This document shows positions 1 to 13,119 of a stretch of 64,000 nucleotides of DNA, in pieces (position 1 is the stretch's first letter; every line of letters begins with the position of its first letter). This DNA comes from Vicugna vicugna (taxonomy: Eukaryota), in the NCBI GenBank assembly GCA_013265495.1, contig MU058687.1, positions 1,364,001 to 1,428,000 of the forward strand, written 5' to 3'. The translations under genes were made by a program, and so were the position numbers. The notes beneath the pieces are model-generated. The model saw only the letters and a list, made by a program, of their open reading frames with translations, was not told where the DNA came from and did not search any database.

Positions 1-924
1 TCAAAAATCCCTTACAGTGCCGACCTTGGGACAGCTGTGTAAATACAGGTGCTTGCTAGTTGAATTATGTATGATATCTAAGTTGTCTTTGTATCTCTCA
101 GTATTGAATCTTAATAAATATTTTAAATACGTAAATTTTGATGGATGAACATACCACCAAATTCTAATATAACACAGCTCATTAGTCTATGGATCTGAAA
201 GAGCCAGGTTTCCCAAAACATAAATTATCCACCCAGAACAAGCCTAACAGAGTTGATGAGCTTGACACACAGTTATTTGTCTTGTCCCCTGGACCAGCAG
301 GGAAAAGGAGATGTTCTGTCCTTGGTGAGCTGCGTGTTTCCCACATATAACTGCAGGGTATATTCTGGCTGACATGATGGAGCCCATAAGGCATCCACTC
401 CCCGGGGGATTGAAGCTTTGGCATGGACATGGCTTGGCTCTTACAGTCCCACAGAATTTGAGACCTCAGGCTGGTGCTTGTGTTTCTGATTTGGGTTTTC
501 CTGTCACCCTTACCGTCAGCTACCATAGCAGGGGGACTCCCATTACTAGCAACTGGACTGAGGCACCGTTTCTTAGCTGCTCTTTGGAATGCATTGGAGA
601 CCCTTCTCTTCCACTGGCCAAAGCACTCCTAAAGGATTTGCTTCCTAGGGCTGAAGGGAACCTGCCTTCCAGTGGAGGGAGCTTCTAAGGGAATCGGGAA
701 GGGGAACAGACGAGAATCAAAGACAGGGCTTGTAGGGGTCTGATGGGGAAATGAAGCTAAGAATGGGGAAGATATAAATGAATCACTGTGTGTCTGTTTT
801 ATTAATAATTGACCTAAGCAGAATTTCCCCACTCCTGCCCCACCCCCCGACCCCTTACTGGGGGCTGGAGCTCACTACTCTAGCCAAGACCACCAAGGGG
901 TGGTCTCCTCACTGTCCTCCAACT

Positions 925-1505
925 GTCCCCACCCTCCAATGTGAAAGTGATCTTTCTAAAACACAAATCTGGTCACCCAACTGTGTAAAACTCTTCAGAG
1001 GCTCCTTATTTCTCTCTCCAGAGAAAACCCAAATGCCTGAGCAGACAGAGAAGGGTCTCTGTGACCTGGGTCCTGGTTATCCCCCTGGCTCAGGTCACAC
1101 AGCAATCCTCTCAACTCTTCCCAAAGCGGGCCTCCTCCCACCTGCCTCATTCAACTCCCTGACAACTTAAACCTTGCTGAAACGCTTGTAATCCCCTGAA
1201 TGTGCTGAGCCCTCTTGTCTCTGATGTGCTAGCATGGACTGTTCCATGTACCTGGAATGCTCTTCCAGTCTGTTTTTTTGTCCCCCTGAGCTTCCTTCAG
1301 GCCTCAACTTAAATTTACCTTCTCCAGGAATTTGTGTTAACTCTTCCAATCAAGTTCCTCTCCTCTGGCATCTTTGCTCACCTCTGCCCTGGTACTTAAA
1401 ACGCTCTCCAGTCTATCTTGCCAAGACCACAGGCTTCTACGGGACAAGGGCTCTGCAGCTCCTGACCTGGCTTGCAACAAGTGTTTGTTGAATGAATGAC
1501 TGAAT
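925..1505 (+). mobile_element. L2 LINE 3' fragment
   Basis: GTGATCTTTCTAAAACACAAATCTG...CCTGGAATGCTCTT...; ends TTTGTTGAATGAATGA. Confidence 0.7.
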
Positions 1506-3139
1506 TTGAGCAGAAGTCACATTTCAGAACTAAAAGTTCCTCAAATGTCGTAAGGGATAAGATTGGTGGGAAATGCCAATGAAGTTGAAGAGCAAAGGCC
1601 AGGTCCTGGGAAATCTGACCGTAAATGACACCAGTAGACCCATAATTATCTCCAAAGCCTAAGACAGAGGCTGTTCTGCCCCACTGCTGTATCAGGCAGC
1701 TAGGATCGTTGCTCGGGGTAGAATGGTTAGTGTGATGCCAGTGTCCCCATGGTGACCAGCCATCACTGATTAGCATCTCTCCCATGCTCTACACAGCACC
1801 TGCCTTTTCTGCCCTCCACCCTACCACGCATCTGTGGGGCGGCGGGGAGAGGACCTGCATATGGACCTCAGGGACCCTCAGGGAGGAACACAGGCTGCTA
1901 CCCATTCCCTCCCTGTGGCCACACCAAGAACTACCAAGGCAGCTGTGATTCTACCACAACCATCAGAGCCTCACGGCTCCATCCCACTGGGCTGGCGGCT
2001 CCCTCTGCCGTGCCACGCCCCAGAGAGGCTGGCCTGCGGCACAGGAAGAATGCCAGCACGCTGCACACCTCACACTTGACGGCGTTAGATTATGCCACCT
2101 TAGGTCAGGGAAGTCAGCTCAGCAATTCTGGTGGTAGCTGACATTGGATATTTCTGAGGAAATGGAGACAGATTTGGAGGAGGCCCCACACTATCAATCA
2201 GATGCAGTGAGAGAGGCTCTTTAATTAAATCCTGATTCAGCCTCCAAGCAGGAAGTACTTTTTCAAAGATGGTTAATCACCACTTAATTCATCTATTTTA
2301 ATATAGACATTTTCATTTATGGGGCTTTATTAGAGTCTACCTTTTCTCTACTCTCAAGGCATCACTGCCCCCAACAGTTCCACTTAACACTGTGTTGAAA
2401 GCTGCCTACTGATCTTCCACAGAGAATTCTGCCTGTGCGGGCACGTGCGCTGTCCTAAGTCTTTTGTCCCCGTTCTCAGAGTTGCCCCCTGGTGATAGAG
2501 TAATAAGGATGTGAACCCAGGAACAAACTGGGGATGGGGAAGGTGGGAATATAACAGGCATTTTCTCAGAAACTTTCAGAATTTTAAACAGTACCTTTTT
2601 TTAGGCTCATGAATCCTGACTGACAATCACCCTGCTGTGACAGAGAAGGAGTGGAGAGAGCCTGCGTGAGCAGGAGCCGGGGGAGTAGACAGGGCAGGAG
2701 GGTGGCCATGGGCATGCCAGCAATTTTAGAACAGCTGCAGCGGTTAGAGTAGCTCCCCCTGAATGAGATGACGCTGGGCCACTTAGGGGAAAGGAAGAGA
2801 AGGAAGATTCCGCAGCTGGTGATGGTGATGAGGAGAGGGGACTCGGTTTACACAGTGGGAGGGTTTCAAAGGATTATGTGTATTAGACACCATTACTGTT
2901 ACCCAGAAAGGCATGTGCTTTAACTGCCGAGAAACTAGTAATGAACTGGGACACCTTCCAGGGAGGAGAATAAGTGAAAACAATATATTCTGTGCTCAAT
3001 ATGTAAGATATTTCAAAATCAGTGGCCCATTTGGCTTCAAGAGGCATTCTGAAGGAGAAATGGTAAAGGATCTCACGTTTGTCATTTCTTTCAGTTTCTT
3101 TTTAAAAGTCACATAACTGGGCTCTCCCTAGTGAAGATA

Positions 3140-3390
3140 CTAGCTAATGTTTATTGAGGGCTCATTGCATGCTTGTTGCTCTTCTAAATGTTATACATCC
3201 ATCAACTCAGGTCACCTTGACAACTTTATGAGTTGGGTACCCTTAATATCCCCATTTGTAAAATGGGAAAATAAAGCCACAGAGAGCTTAAGTAACATGC
3301 CCAGGACCCCAAAGCTAGTCAATGGAAGAGCTAAGATCTGGACCTAGGCAGTCTGGCTCCAGATCCCAAACTTGTAACCACTCTTCTATA
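3140..3390 (-). mobile_element. MIR SINE
   Basis: Reverse MIR core CCCATTTGTAAAATGGGAAAA...TTAAGTAACATGCCCAGG...CCTAGGCAGTCTGGCTCCAGA. Confidence 0.75.
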
Positions 3391-3420
3391 CCACCTTTGT
3401 AGTAGTTCATGTGCCCTTTT

Positions 3421-3427
3421 CTTAAAA

Positions 3428-3466
<39 letters not shown>

Positions 3467-3537
3467 TATATATATATACTTTAATTTTGAAACCTTACTT
3501 TTTTTGATGGAGGTACTGGGGATTGAACCCAGGACCC
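3421..3537 (-). mobile_element. 5'-truncated Vic-1-like SINE with (TA)n-containing tail
   Basis: GATGGAGGTACTGGGGATTGAACCCAGG matches the other copies in reverse; TSD TGTGCCCTTTT at 3410-3420 and 3538-3548. Confidence 0.85.
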
Positions 3538-6019
3538 TGTGCCCTTTTAAAACTGACTGTTGATAGTATGCAAGGTGTGTTTTATCCCAACGCATAAGAA
3601 TGAGAGAAACTATGTGGAAATCCTATATGAATGACAGTATGACATCATTATTAATAAATGCTTATGGAGCCAGGTCAGTCATGTCACCTTCAGGGCTTAG
3701 CAGCAACTCCACAGAAGACTCAGAGTGAGTCTCGTTTCTGGATGCCCCACCCCCCTGAAACATTCAACAAGGATCCCTTTGTCTATTCACATAAGAAAGG
3801 TTTATTGACCACTGACTCTGTGGCAGGCATGCCAGGCACACCGTACTAGGCTCCGGAAATAAAACTGAAACTCAGGCACAGTCCTTGCCCTCAAGGAGCA
3901 TGTAATATGTGGACATCTCTCAACCAATGGCCAACAGGTTAAAAGTGCAACAATATCCTAGGGGCTGATGATCACCTGTTGTCTATTTGTTACTTGCCTT
4001 AGATGTGTGGGTAATTCCTGTCTGCCAGAGGCCTTAGGGGCAGCGCAACCACCAGCCAAATGGGCTGTCATCACTGGAAGTGACTTGTGTCCAGAAATGT
4101 TTCCCTAGCAGTCTGCCAAGAAATTGAAGTCCTCATCAGGGAACTGCCATGGTGTGATGTCAAAGATTGTGGTTAAGATAGACAACTGTGAACAGAATAT
4201 GTAACAGGAATCTATTGTGGTTTAAATAAAATTTACAGAATAAATATATAGAAAAGTTTGAGGCTAGATTCTAGGAAGCAGCTCATGGAAATGAAAAATC
4301 TGGGGGAGTCTGTTTCAGGCAAGGTTTCATCTAGGAGCCCTCGGACCCACCTATGGAGTGAGAGGTAGCGTCAACTTCACTTGAAGCACAGGGATTGAGA
4401 GTTGGGAGGGGTGATTCCTGGGAGGAAAATGAGAGTTCAGCTGCCAGGAGAGGCATGAATGAGCATTGAGCAGCAAAACAAGAGATCTACCATATAAGCT
4501 GAGGAAGATGTGCAGTTCAGGGGAAAGTTTGATTTGTTTCCTTGGAAGTTTCCTTGTCAATATCCCTCACATCTGGACCTACCTTGGAGCAGAGCAAAGA
4601 AATGACACTTTCCTTCTGCTCAGGCTGGGGCAGATTCTGAACAACTGTCCATATCTGGAGTAGCCAGCAGTAGTGACCTGGAAATTGGGAGACTCGTGCA
4701 GGGAGGACTAGGTGAAAGTGAAGGCTTGAGTATAAAGAAGGCCAACCTCAAGGTGTCAGGAACCTGTAACTCTCTCTTGCTCTGATTGCCTTTCAGATAC
4801 ACAGAATGTAAGCCTGGAACTTCAAACACCCTCGGGGGCAGGCAGGTAAAGCAAATGAGTGCAGTGGGCTGCTGCACAGAACCAAAGACACAGGGGCTTC
4901 TAAAGGAGGAAGCTGTCATCTACTATTACCATTTTTCTCCCACGGGAGGCTGTAAAACCAGATTGGACATGCGTGTGCACACACGTGAAATCTCTCTGGT
5001 TCTAAACATTGGCAATGAAGCAAATTTAAAAATGCATTATGTAGGCTGGAACAGAAGAATACGTCCCTGGGTTAGAATCTGCCTGTGGACCTCCTGTCTG
5101 ACATCTGATAGAGCCATGTTGTCATAGAATGAATGAAAGTCCTTCTCTGTTTGTGCAGTAGCCAATCTGCAGGTTAACCTATGACCAAATCAACAAACAC
5201 CCAATGACAGCCCACTGCCCAAAGTTCAGCCCTTTGATCTACAGTATCTAACTAAAATCTGAAAAACACCGTGTGGGCCACGAAAGGAGAGGGAACATCA
5301 CTGTGAGAACTGTACTTTCACTTCCTGGCGGGGGTGTGGTTAAATTCACAACTTCGATGTGACATTAACCGTCAGAGGGTTTTACATTGATTTCCTGTTT
5401 CCTTTTCTTAATAAAGAAAGGAAAAGCGGCCCCCGCAGCAACGGTAGGCTGAGTTCCATAGGAAGACACCAGGGGGTTCCGACTTGGCCACAAGCAAAAA
5501 CAAAACACAAGCCTGAAACCTGGTAAATAGCCAGATGCAAGGTCATACGGTTGCTTAGGATTGTTTTGATCGTCTACAGCGATTTTCCACTTCACCCTAG
5601 TTAGACAAGTGACCAAAGTCCTCGATGTTTGAGTTGCTGCAACCATTTCCCACAAAAGGTTTAGAAAATAATAATGGTGATAATGATCATTACAGCAGCT
5701 ATCGTGTGCCAAGGACCGTGAGGGGTGCCTCACGTGTCTCTAACCTCACATAAACTCTCCAAGAATTATCCCTGTGTTACAGCTAGGAAACCTTGGAGGA
5801 GACTTGGAAGAGTTAAGATAATTTGCCCAAGTCACTCATAAGTGATGCACCTGGAGTTTCATTCTTTCATTCCTTGAATATTTATTGGTCACCTATTTAT
5901 TGAGCCAGGCACTGCAAAAAATTTCTTGTTGAAAGCAGCTAAGCTCAGAATGACTCTCACTTGCAGAAAACGACCTCTGTGTAGAGGCCACGTTTGAAAT
6001 ATTTATCTTGAGTTTTCTT

Positions 6020-6410
6020 TCATTTGTTCAGACACTTAGTGAGCATCTACTGTGTCCAGAGTTCTAGGCTGAATGCTTGGGGGAAAACACTGATCCTGAC
6101 TTTTGGAACATTGTAGTTTAGTTGAGGAGACAGGGCCTAGGCAATAAAACATTTGAATAATAATACAAGATAATGAATAAGTAAGTGCCAACGTAGATGG
6201 TCGAGATGAAAAAACTCAGAGGGATGAGAGACTACTTTGGGTTGGAATGGCTGGGACAGCAGAACAGACAAGAAGGTCTTTGAGGGATAGATGGAGTGGC
6301 GATGACATCCATGGTAGGTGTGCAGGAGTAAAGAGCAAAGTACAGCAAAAGCAGAGGAGGAAAGAGTAAGTTCATGCTGCATAATTTGGTGTGTAAGCAC
6401 TCCGTTTTGG
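6020..6410 (-). mobile_element. L2 LINE fragment
   Basis: CATTTGTTCAGACACTTAGTGAGCATCTACTGTGTCCAG...CTAGGC, an L2 3' end in reverse. Confidence 0.6.
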
Positions 6411-7614
6411 CAGTTACATGAAATGGTCTCAGGTGTGAAATCCAGACTTGACACCTTTCTACTTTTGAGATCCTGGATCAGTTACTTTATTTGTATTGAA
6501 CCTCAGTTTCCTAACCTGTGAAGTGGGCATCGTGAACAAACTGAGGCAGATAAAGCAGTGCCTGGCACATGGCGAGCCCTCAGGGGCAGCTACTGTAATG
6601 AATACGGTCTCTTGGTGGGGATACCTTGGGGCTGTTCCATCTGAATAGTGGAGAGAGGTGTGTAGCCAACCTGAAACCATAACGTAAGAGCTGAAAGGAG
6701 GACTGGAAACTATACAGCCGTGAACTAAAAGCAGCATGTATCAGCCTCAGAATCGGATAACAAAACCAAACCACAAATGCTGCTCAGGGCTTTAAAGTTC
6801 TAGGGTAGGGCGAGACCCACTGTAACTTACTTTGTGTGATGGAGTCAAACCGCATTTTGTTTTTTTTTCTTTTTCTCATCAGATTTCACAGGAAATACAC
6901 TCTTTGTTCAGATTTGAGATAAGGTACCCCTTCACCCTGACCCTCCTTTGTGGCACTAACTTACCCATTAAGTGGTTCACTTTCTATCATGGGCCCATAT
7001 TATCATCAGCTTATATTTAGTAGGCATGGGAGTTTGTACTGCCCTTATGTTAGAAGTTGAGCAGAAGTTAAATCTGTTAAGACATGGTGTGTAGTCAGAC
7101 TGAGATGATAATCTAAGAAAAGGAAGGTGAGAGTCTCCAGGGGGACACAGCCAAGGGCGGGGCCAGGTGGATTTTTTTAAAAAGGTTATTTTGCCGTCAG
7201 TAATTCCCTACATTGCTATTGCTCAGTAGTTATTTTGGGTTTCATGACTTTCAGCCTAACCTCTGTGCCCAACAGAGAGGACCTACACCGAGGTGTTGAC
7301 AACGATTTCTCAGCAGCTGTTATAAATTAATAGCTTTGGCTGCCTTCCCAAATTGAACCATTAAAAATTCTCGGGAAAATTGGCTTTAAGGAATTTCCCA
7401 AAGACCCCTGACCTAGTCTAATGGGATTTCTTTCTCATTCTAAAAAGTATCCATTCCTGGATCTCTTCAGGCAGAACTACATAAGGATTGACAGCGAGAG
7501 GACAGGGAAGGAGGAGGATAAACAATAGCCCAGCAAGTGAGAGCTTAGATCCAGTTTTCATCAAACTTATATCCAGAGAAAGAAGGATGCAAAGAAATAA
7601 TAGATTATCACAAC

Positions 7615-7820
7615 AATAATAATGCCTAACATTTACTGAGCGCTTGTCATAAAGATTCATTACCTGTGTCCTTCCAACAAAACTATAGGAAGGTACTATT
7701 ATGCCCATTTTACAAATAAGGAAACTGAGGCCCAGAAAGATTAAGTAATTTGGAAGGTAAATACGTTGCAAACAAGCAGTAGAGCCAGAATTAGAACCCA
7801 GAGAGTCTGGCTCCAGGGCT
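7615..7820 (-). mobile_element. MIR SINE
   Basis: CCCATTTTACAAATAAGGAAACTGAGGCCCAGAAAGATTAAGTAATTTG. Confidence 0.8.
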
Positions 7821-8329
7821 GGTTGTGTGTGTGTTTTATTGGGAGGAGGTGGAGGGAGAGGAGGTGCTATGAAAGGGCCAGACGTAGAAAGGTGCCTTGG
7901 GGGTTTTGGCCTGGCATGATGCCATCCCAGTCACTGAACAGAACCCAAGTCCAGATGGACAAGGGCATATCCAGACAAATACCCTGAATGTGACATAGTT
8001 TTGTACCAAGTCTCTGCCCCTATCCTTTTCTGTTCTTGTAGGGTCAGCCAGGTTCCAGCCCAGTTTCAGACTTTTAGTATGGGATCTACTTAGCCTAAGG
8101 GCATGACTGGAGCCACCTCTGGCTCAGGCAGCTCCAGAGTGGCTAGTGAGAGCCTGGGGGCCAGAATCAGATGACACTTCTTGAGGCCTGGACCTAGTGG
8201 TCCCAAGGATCCCCAGTAAACTGGCCTTTGGGCTTTGAACCCCCTAGTCCAATATGGAAATGTTTGAAGTCTTCACTCTGGTCTTATGTCTCCACTAACT
8301 CTGAGGGAAGGGCCTTCACCTTGCTTTGG

Positions 8330-8560
8330 GTCATTAAGAGCACAGTCTCGGAAGTCAGGCCCACCGTCTTGGGTTTGAATTTCACTTGCTGTCTGTGCAG
8401 ACTTGGGGCAGTTAACCTCTCTGTGCCTACATCCTTTAATGTGTCAGATGGGGATAATAAGAGAACCTACTTCATAGGGTTGTTTTAAGGATTAAATAAA
8501 GGATTCCATATCAGCCACATAAAGCACGCTAAGCACTCAATAACTGTGAGCGATGTTAAT
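8330..8560 (+). mobile_element. MIR SINE
   Basis: TTAACCTCTCTGTGCCT...GATGGGGATAATAAGAGAACCTACTTCATAGGGTTGTT. Confidence 0.75.
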
Positions 8561-9199
8561 TATCTACACCTTGTCTCCATTTAAGAAGTAATTCTAACTT
8601 TCTCAAGCCCACAGTGTACATTATCACATCCGGTAGGGAGCGGCCTGGTGAACAAAGCTTGTGGCCTTGCCAGGCCATGTGTTTGGATCTCTCTTGAAGA
8701 GGAAATGGTTTCATCAGCCGCTGTCTAGGTCAGGGCCACTTTCTTCAGGGAAGGGCTCTGTGGCCGTGCCTGCTGGATGTGCTTGGTTACCCCCAGCACC
8801 CTGGCCTGACTCTGCCACCCCTCCTCCTCAGCCTATGAAGGAGCACAGAGAGGCTCACGGCCACCTGTGCAGTAGAATGCTCTCTCATTTCAGGGCCCCT
8901 GGGACAGGTGAGGATCCCGTGGAAGCTACTGCACTTCTGAAGATCCTTTTATTGACCTGGCTGGATGACCATGACTGTCACCTTCACCTAGGTAATGCCT
9001 GCATTCAAGGAGAGGCTATCTGAGGGTCCAGGGCAAGGGCAGTTTCTAGGTTTGGTAGACAGGCCCTTTTCAGGTTCATTTGGGAGCCTTGGAAATAAAG
9101 TATGGAGATGACAGGGTGGGGACTGGGGACTATGTCCATATCTGCTCTCCACGGCATCTCTAGCCCCCTGGCACGGCACTGGTGTCTAGGAATGGCATT

Positions 9200-9470
9200 A
9201 CTACACATTGGTTCAGCGCATGAGTTCTGGAGACAGACTACCTGCAGTGGAATCCTGGCTCTGTCTCATTAGCTGGTTGACCTTTGGCAATTTACTTAAC
9301 CTCTCTGTGCCTCTGTTTCATCTGTTAAAAAAAAAAGAAAGAAAGAATGATAATGATTGTACTCACCTACTCACCTCTTTAGGTTGCTTGGAAGTTTAAA
9401 TGAGTTTTCATAAAAATGCTTAGAATAGTGCCTGACTATTCACACTTAGTAGCCTAAGTGTTAGCTGTTG
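9200..9470 (+). mobile_element. MIR SINE
   Basis: GAATCCTGGCTCTG...TGACCTTTGGCAATTTACTTAACCTCTCTGTGCCTCTGTTTCATCTGT. Confidence 0.8.
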
Positions 9471-12400
9471 TTTCCCACATGTTAGAGATTTTAGTTCTAG
9501 CTGGAGGCTCAGATAAGTGAGGGAGCAAATCCAGAATTCTAGGCTAAGTCTTCCTGATCTAGAAGGCTGCTCTCTTTGAAGGCTACCACCTTGTATGAAA
9601 AGAATCCCTACTTCGGATGCTTTAGGAAAATGCAGATTTCAACTTCAGAAACACGACTCCTCCAAAGTAGAACACAATTGTCAGACCATGGATTTTTGCT
9701 TTAGAGCCAGGAGTTAAGGTGTCCATGAGTTGCAGGGATTTAGGGTAATCCAGTTCAAAGGGATACAGTCAACCATCCCTGGGGTCCCAGATCCCAGGGC
9801 GATGGAAGTCTCGTAAGCCTGCCCCTTGACCTGAATGTGGGTGACGTCAGTAGTAAAGGAATAGGTGAAATGCCAGCCACACTTGGCTGGCCCATGAGAA
9901 GGAAACCCTTCCCACACCTTGCTTTTGCACACCGAAGGCCCCCAGGTAAAGGCATCCCCGCTGCAAGCCTCTGGCTTTAAAGTCTGGGTGTGGCTGCAGG
10001 AACCACCCAGTACAAACTAGAGTGAACCTGCTGCCCTTTCCCTTCCCAGCTGCCAAGTCAAACAGAACACAGGGAACACAAATAGAATCGTCACAATAAA
10101 CCGGTTGTTGGAGCCAGACACAGGCGAACCCACTCCCTGGCACTGCCGCCCAGTTCGCGGGTCCAGACACGAGGGCTGAAGGTGTGGCCCGTGGGCATTC
10201 CTGTCCAGCAAGAAACCCTCTGGCTTGTCTGTACTCATTGCCACCCACATGGATCCCTCCAGGAGCTGCCTGCCAAGGCAGGAGGGAGGAGGGTCTCCCC
10301 CAAGCCCTGGATCACCGGGAAATGCCCTTCCCACCCACTGGACTTGACTAAAGTCTGTCAAGGAGGGAACTCTTTAGACACTTTAAAATCTTAAAGGTAT
10401 CTGAGGTTTGGAGGAATTCGTGCCGGACGTGCTTCTCCGCAGGGTCAGGCATGGGGGAGGAGAGAGGGGAAGGAGGAGGGGCCAGACCTTAAGCGACAGC
10501 TTCAGATAAAGCTGGCAGAGCTCTCCAGGTAGCCAGTGAACTCAGGTGGCGCCCTCCCTAGCCTGGGGCAGGTCAGAGTCTCCCAGAACTCGCCCAAACC
10601 TTTCTGCTGTGTGTGCTCTGGGGCATGTCTCTCTTTGCCTCTTGGATCTTGGGCCAATGAAGAAATATAGGTTAGTCTCAGGAGGCAGGGATGGAGCCAC
10701 TTTCTTACTTGGTAGTGTCAGCACCTTTACATGAAGTTCTTAGCAGATCTCACAAAAGATCTTCAATCTCCCTTTTGCCTTAAAACAAATTTTTTTTTTT
10801 TTGTAAAAAGGGGCTACAGTCTCCCCGTAGAAAGGTAAACTTGTGAAGTGCTCAGGTGAAGGTTTTCTGTGTGTTCCACCTCATCGTGGGGCCACAGGAA
10901 GAGCAGATGCTCTGAAAATGGACACCTGGGTTGAAAGCCTGGTTCTGTACCACATCCTTGCGCAGGTTGCTTAACTGCTTGAGCCTTTGTTTCTTTGGTT
11001 GTCAAAATGGGCATAAGAAGACCTAGTTGCCCAAAATGGGCACCTAAAAGATCTACAGGGATGTTGGACGGATAAAGTGAGATCATATATATGAGAGCAA
11101 AGAACATTCTATACAATCTGGCACATCAAAGGACTAGATAAATCTTACCTTCAGTTATTTTCTCCCTGCCCACACCTCCAGCTCTCTGTCACTGGCTTGC
11201 TGGGTTCTTGATTGGCCTGAAGAACTGGAAGAGAGATCTGGAAAGAGAATCTTACAGTAAACAAAGCTGTCTTATTCTAACTTAACTGATTTTAAAGCAG
11301 GGAAGATAAGAAGGACTGCTACCCTACTTTTTGCCTAGATGGTAAGATAGGTTATTTATAGATCTGGGAGTAAATCATATTAATGCTTTACTTTCCCATC
11401 AGAAACAAAACACAAACCACTTGGTACCCATGTCCAAACTGATTCAATCTAATCTACCCTCGTCAGGCCTTCCCATTAAACTGAACCTGAGGTTTCTCCC
11501 TTTTCCTGCTTTATGCTCTAGGTAGAGTATTACAGGGAAGGGGAAGGGAGTACCACTGATACTTACAAAGGGGTATAGCTTGACCATCACTTGACAGAAG
11601 AAAGTAGAAATTGTCATTACTTCCTGAAAATGTCAGAATTAGTAAATCCCTGCCTTGGCCTTGGTCCTGTAGTAAGCAGAATCTGCATAATGCTTGGATA
11701 TGTGGCATGGATCTCAACTATTATCTGGGGATTTTCTTTTAAGTGAAGATGATGACTTTGTTCAACTCACTGAGCCCTTTCTCCTGTGTTTGGACATTTG
11801 CAAAAAGCTGCCCTCTTTCACTAAATAAAAACATTATGGTGGAGCCAGGTGGATGGGGCAAGGGTTTGGAGAGTGCTGGTCAACTGAGTACACACCTGGG
11901 GAGTGGCAACAGAGTGGGAAGGGAGTTGAGAGAACTGTTTAGAGAAGGGTGTCAGGGAAGTGAGTAATAAGTAGGTCAGAGGATGGAGCAAGGGAATGTT
12001 GAAAGGGAACGGATATGCTCTGTGGGCAGGTAGTAAAATATCTGAATGGGAGAACAGAGAGGGCTAGCGTGGAATAACAGGGAGGGAACCCTGAGGTGCT
12101 GATTTGTCAGAGATGGGAAATGGGATTGGATATGTGTTGGTGGAGGAATGGAAGGATACCAGACCAACTCCAGATGCCATTCATTTTAATGAAATCCTTC
12201 TTTATGCTTCTGCCATCAGAAACAGAGGCTATGTGCTCTCACCCCCATGGCTTTTTAATTCCAGCAAGTAATACCCCCTCTGCTTTCCTTCAAAAATAAA
12301 AGAAACAATTTAAATTTAGCTAAGCTTGAAGACTATGATTATCTCGAGAAAATTCAAAGTCCTAGGCCATCCAGCTGTGCAGTATCATTCAAATGTTACA

Positions 12401-13119
12401 TTCTGTTCAGGGTGTTTGCCCTGAACCACCTGACATGATCATCTCAACCCTTCACTCCTCTGTTAGTTTATCTGGCTTTGTTTACAATTTGTTGTTGTAA
12501 CCTTTCTGTAACTGTTCCCAGAGCTGTGTGCAGAAAAAGGAGGCCCACACAATGAGATTTCTCACACATCCCCATCTTCTATAGTTAAAAGAGAAAATTA
12601 AGCAATGTAGAAATCAAAGCTTCACTTCCTATTGACCTAGGTTTTCCAGGCCTTCCCGTTTCCTAGTATTAGGGTCCTCAGGGGGTTCTAAATTTTCTCT
12701 CCCTTTGAGAAGAACTGTTCTTGAACAGGATTATTACACACCCTTTCATCAAGTCTTCAACAAAACTCTAAGGAATGAATGTCTAAAGTTCTGCTGCTTT
12801 TAAAGTACAAAAGACAAACCCAACTTTCTTTACGATTCCCCTTGATTTGGCAGTTTACTCCAAAAATGGGTAAGTTTTCTACGCTGAGTTTTGTTCCTGT
12901 CTCCTGGGCAAGGCAGTTTGGTCAGTGGTTGTTCTGTGGGCTGCTGTCTGGAGGAGACGGTGGTTCTGGAGGTCACCCTGGCAATTATGGCCAAGTAAGG
13001 GTGGAGGGAGTGGTCTGGGTTTGGCCTTCAGTCTGGAGTCACAGGCAGCTCACAGAGATCTTGGCTCAGGACCTAGGGCTGAGGCGTGCTGGGACAGCCT
13101 AGGGGGTGTCCTGACTTTC

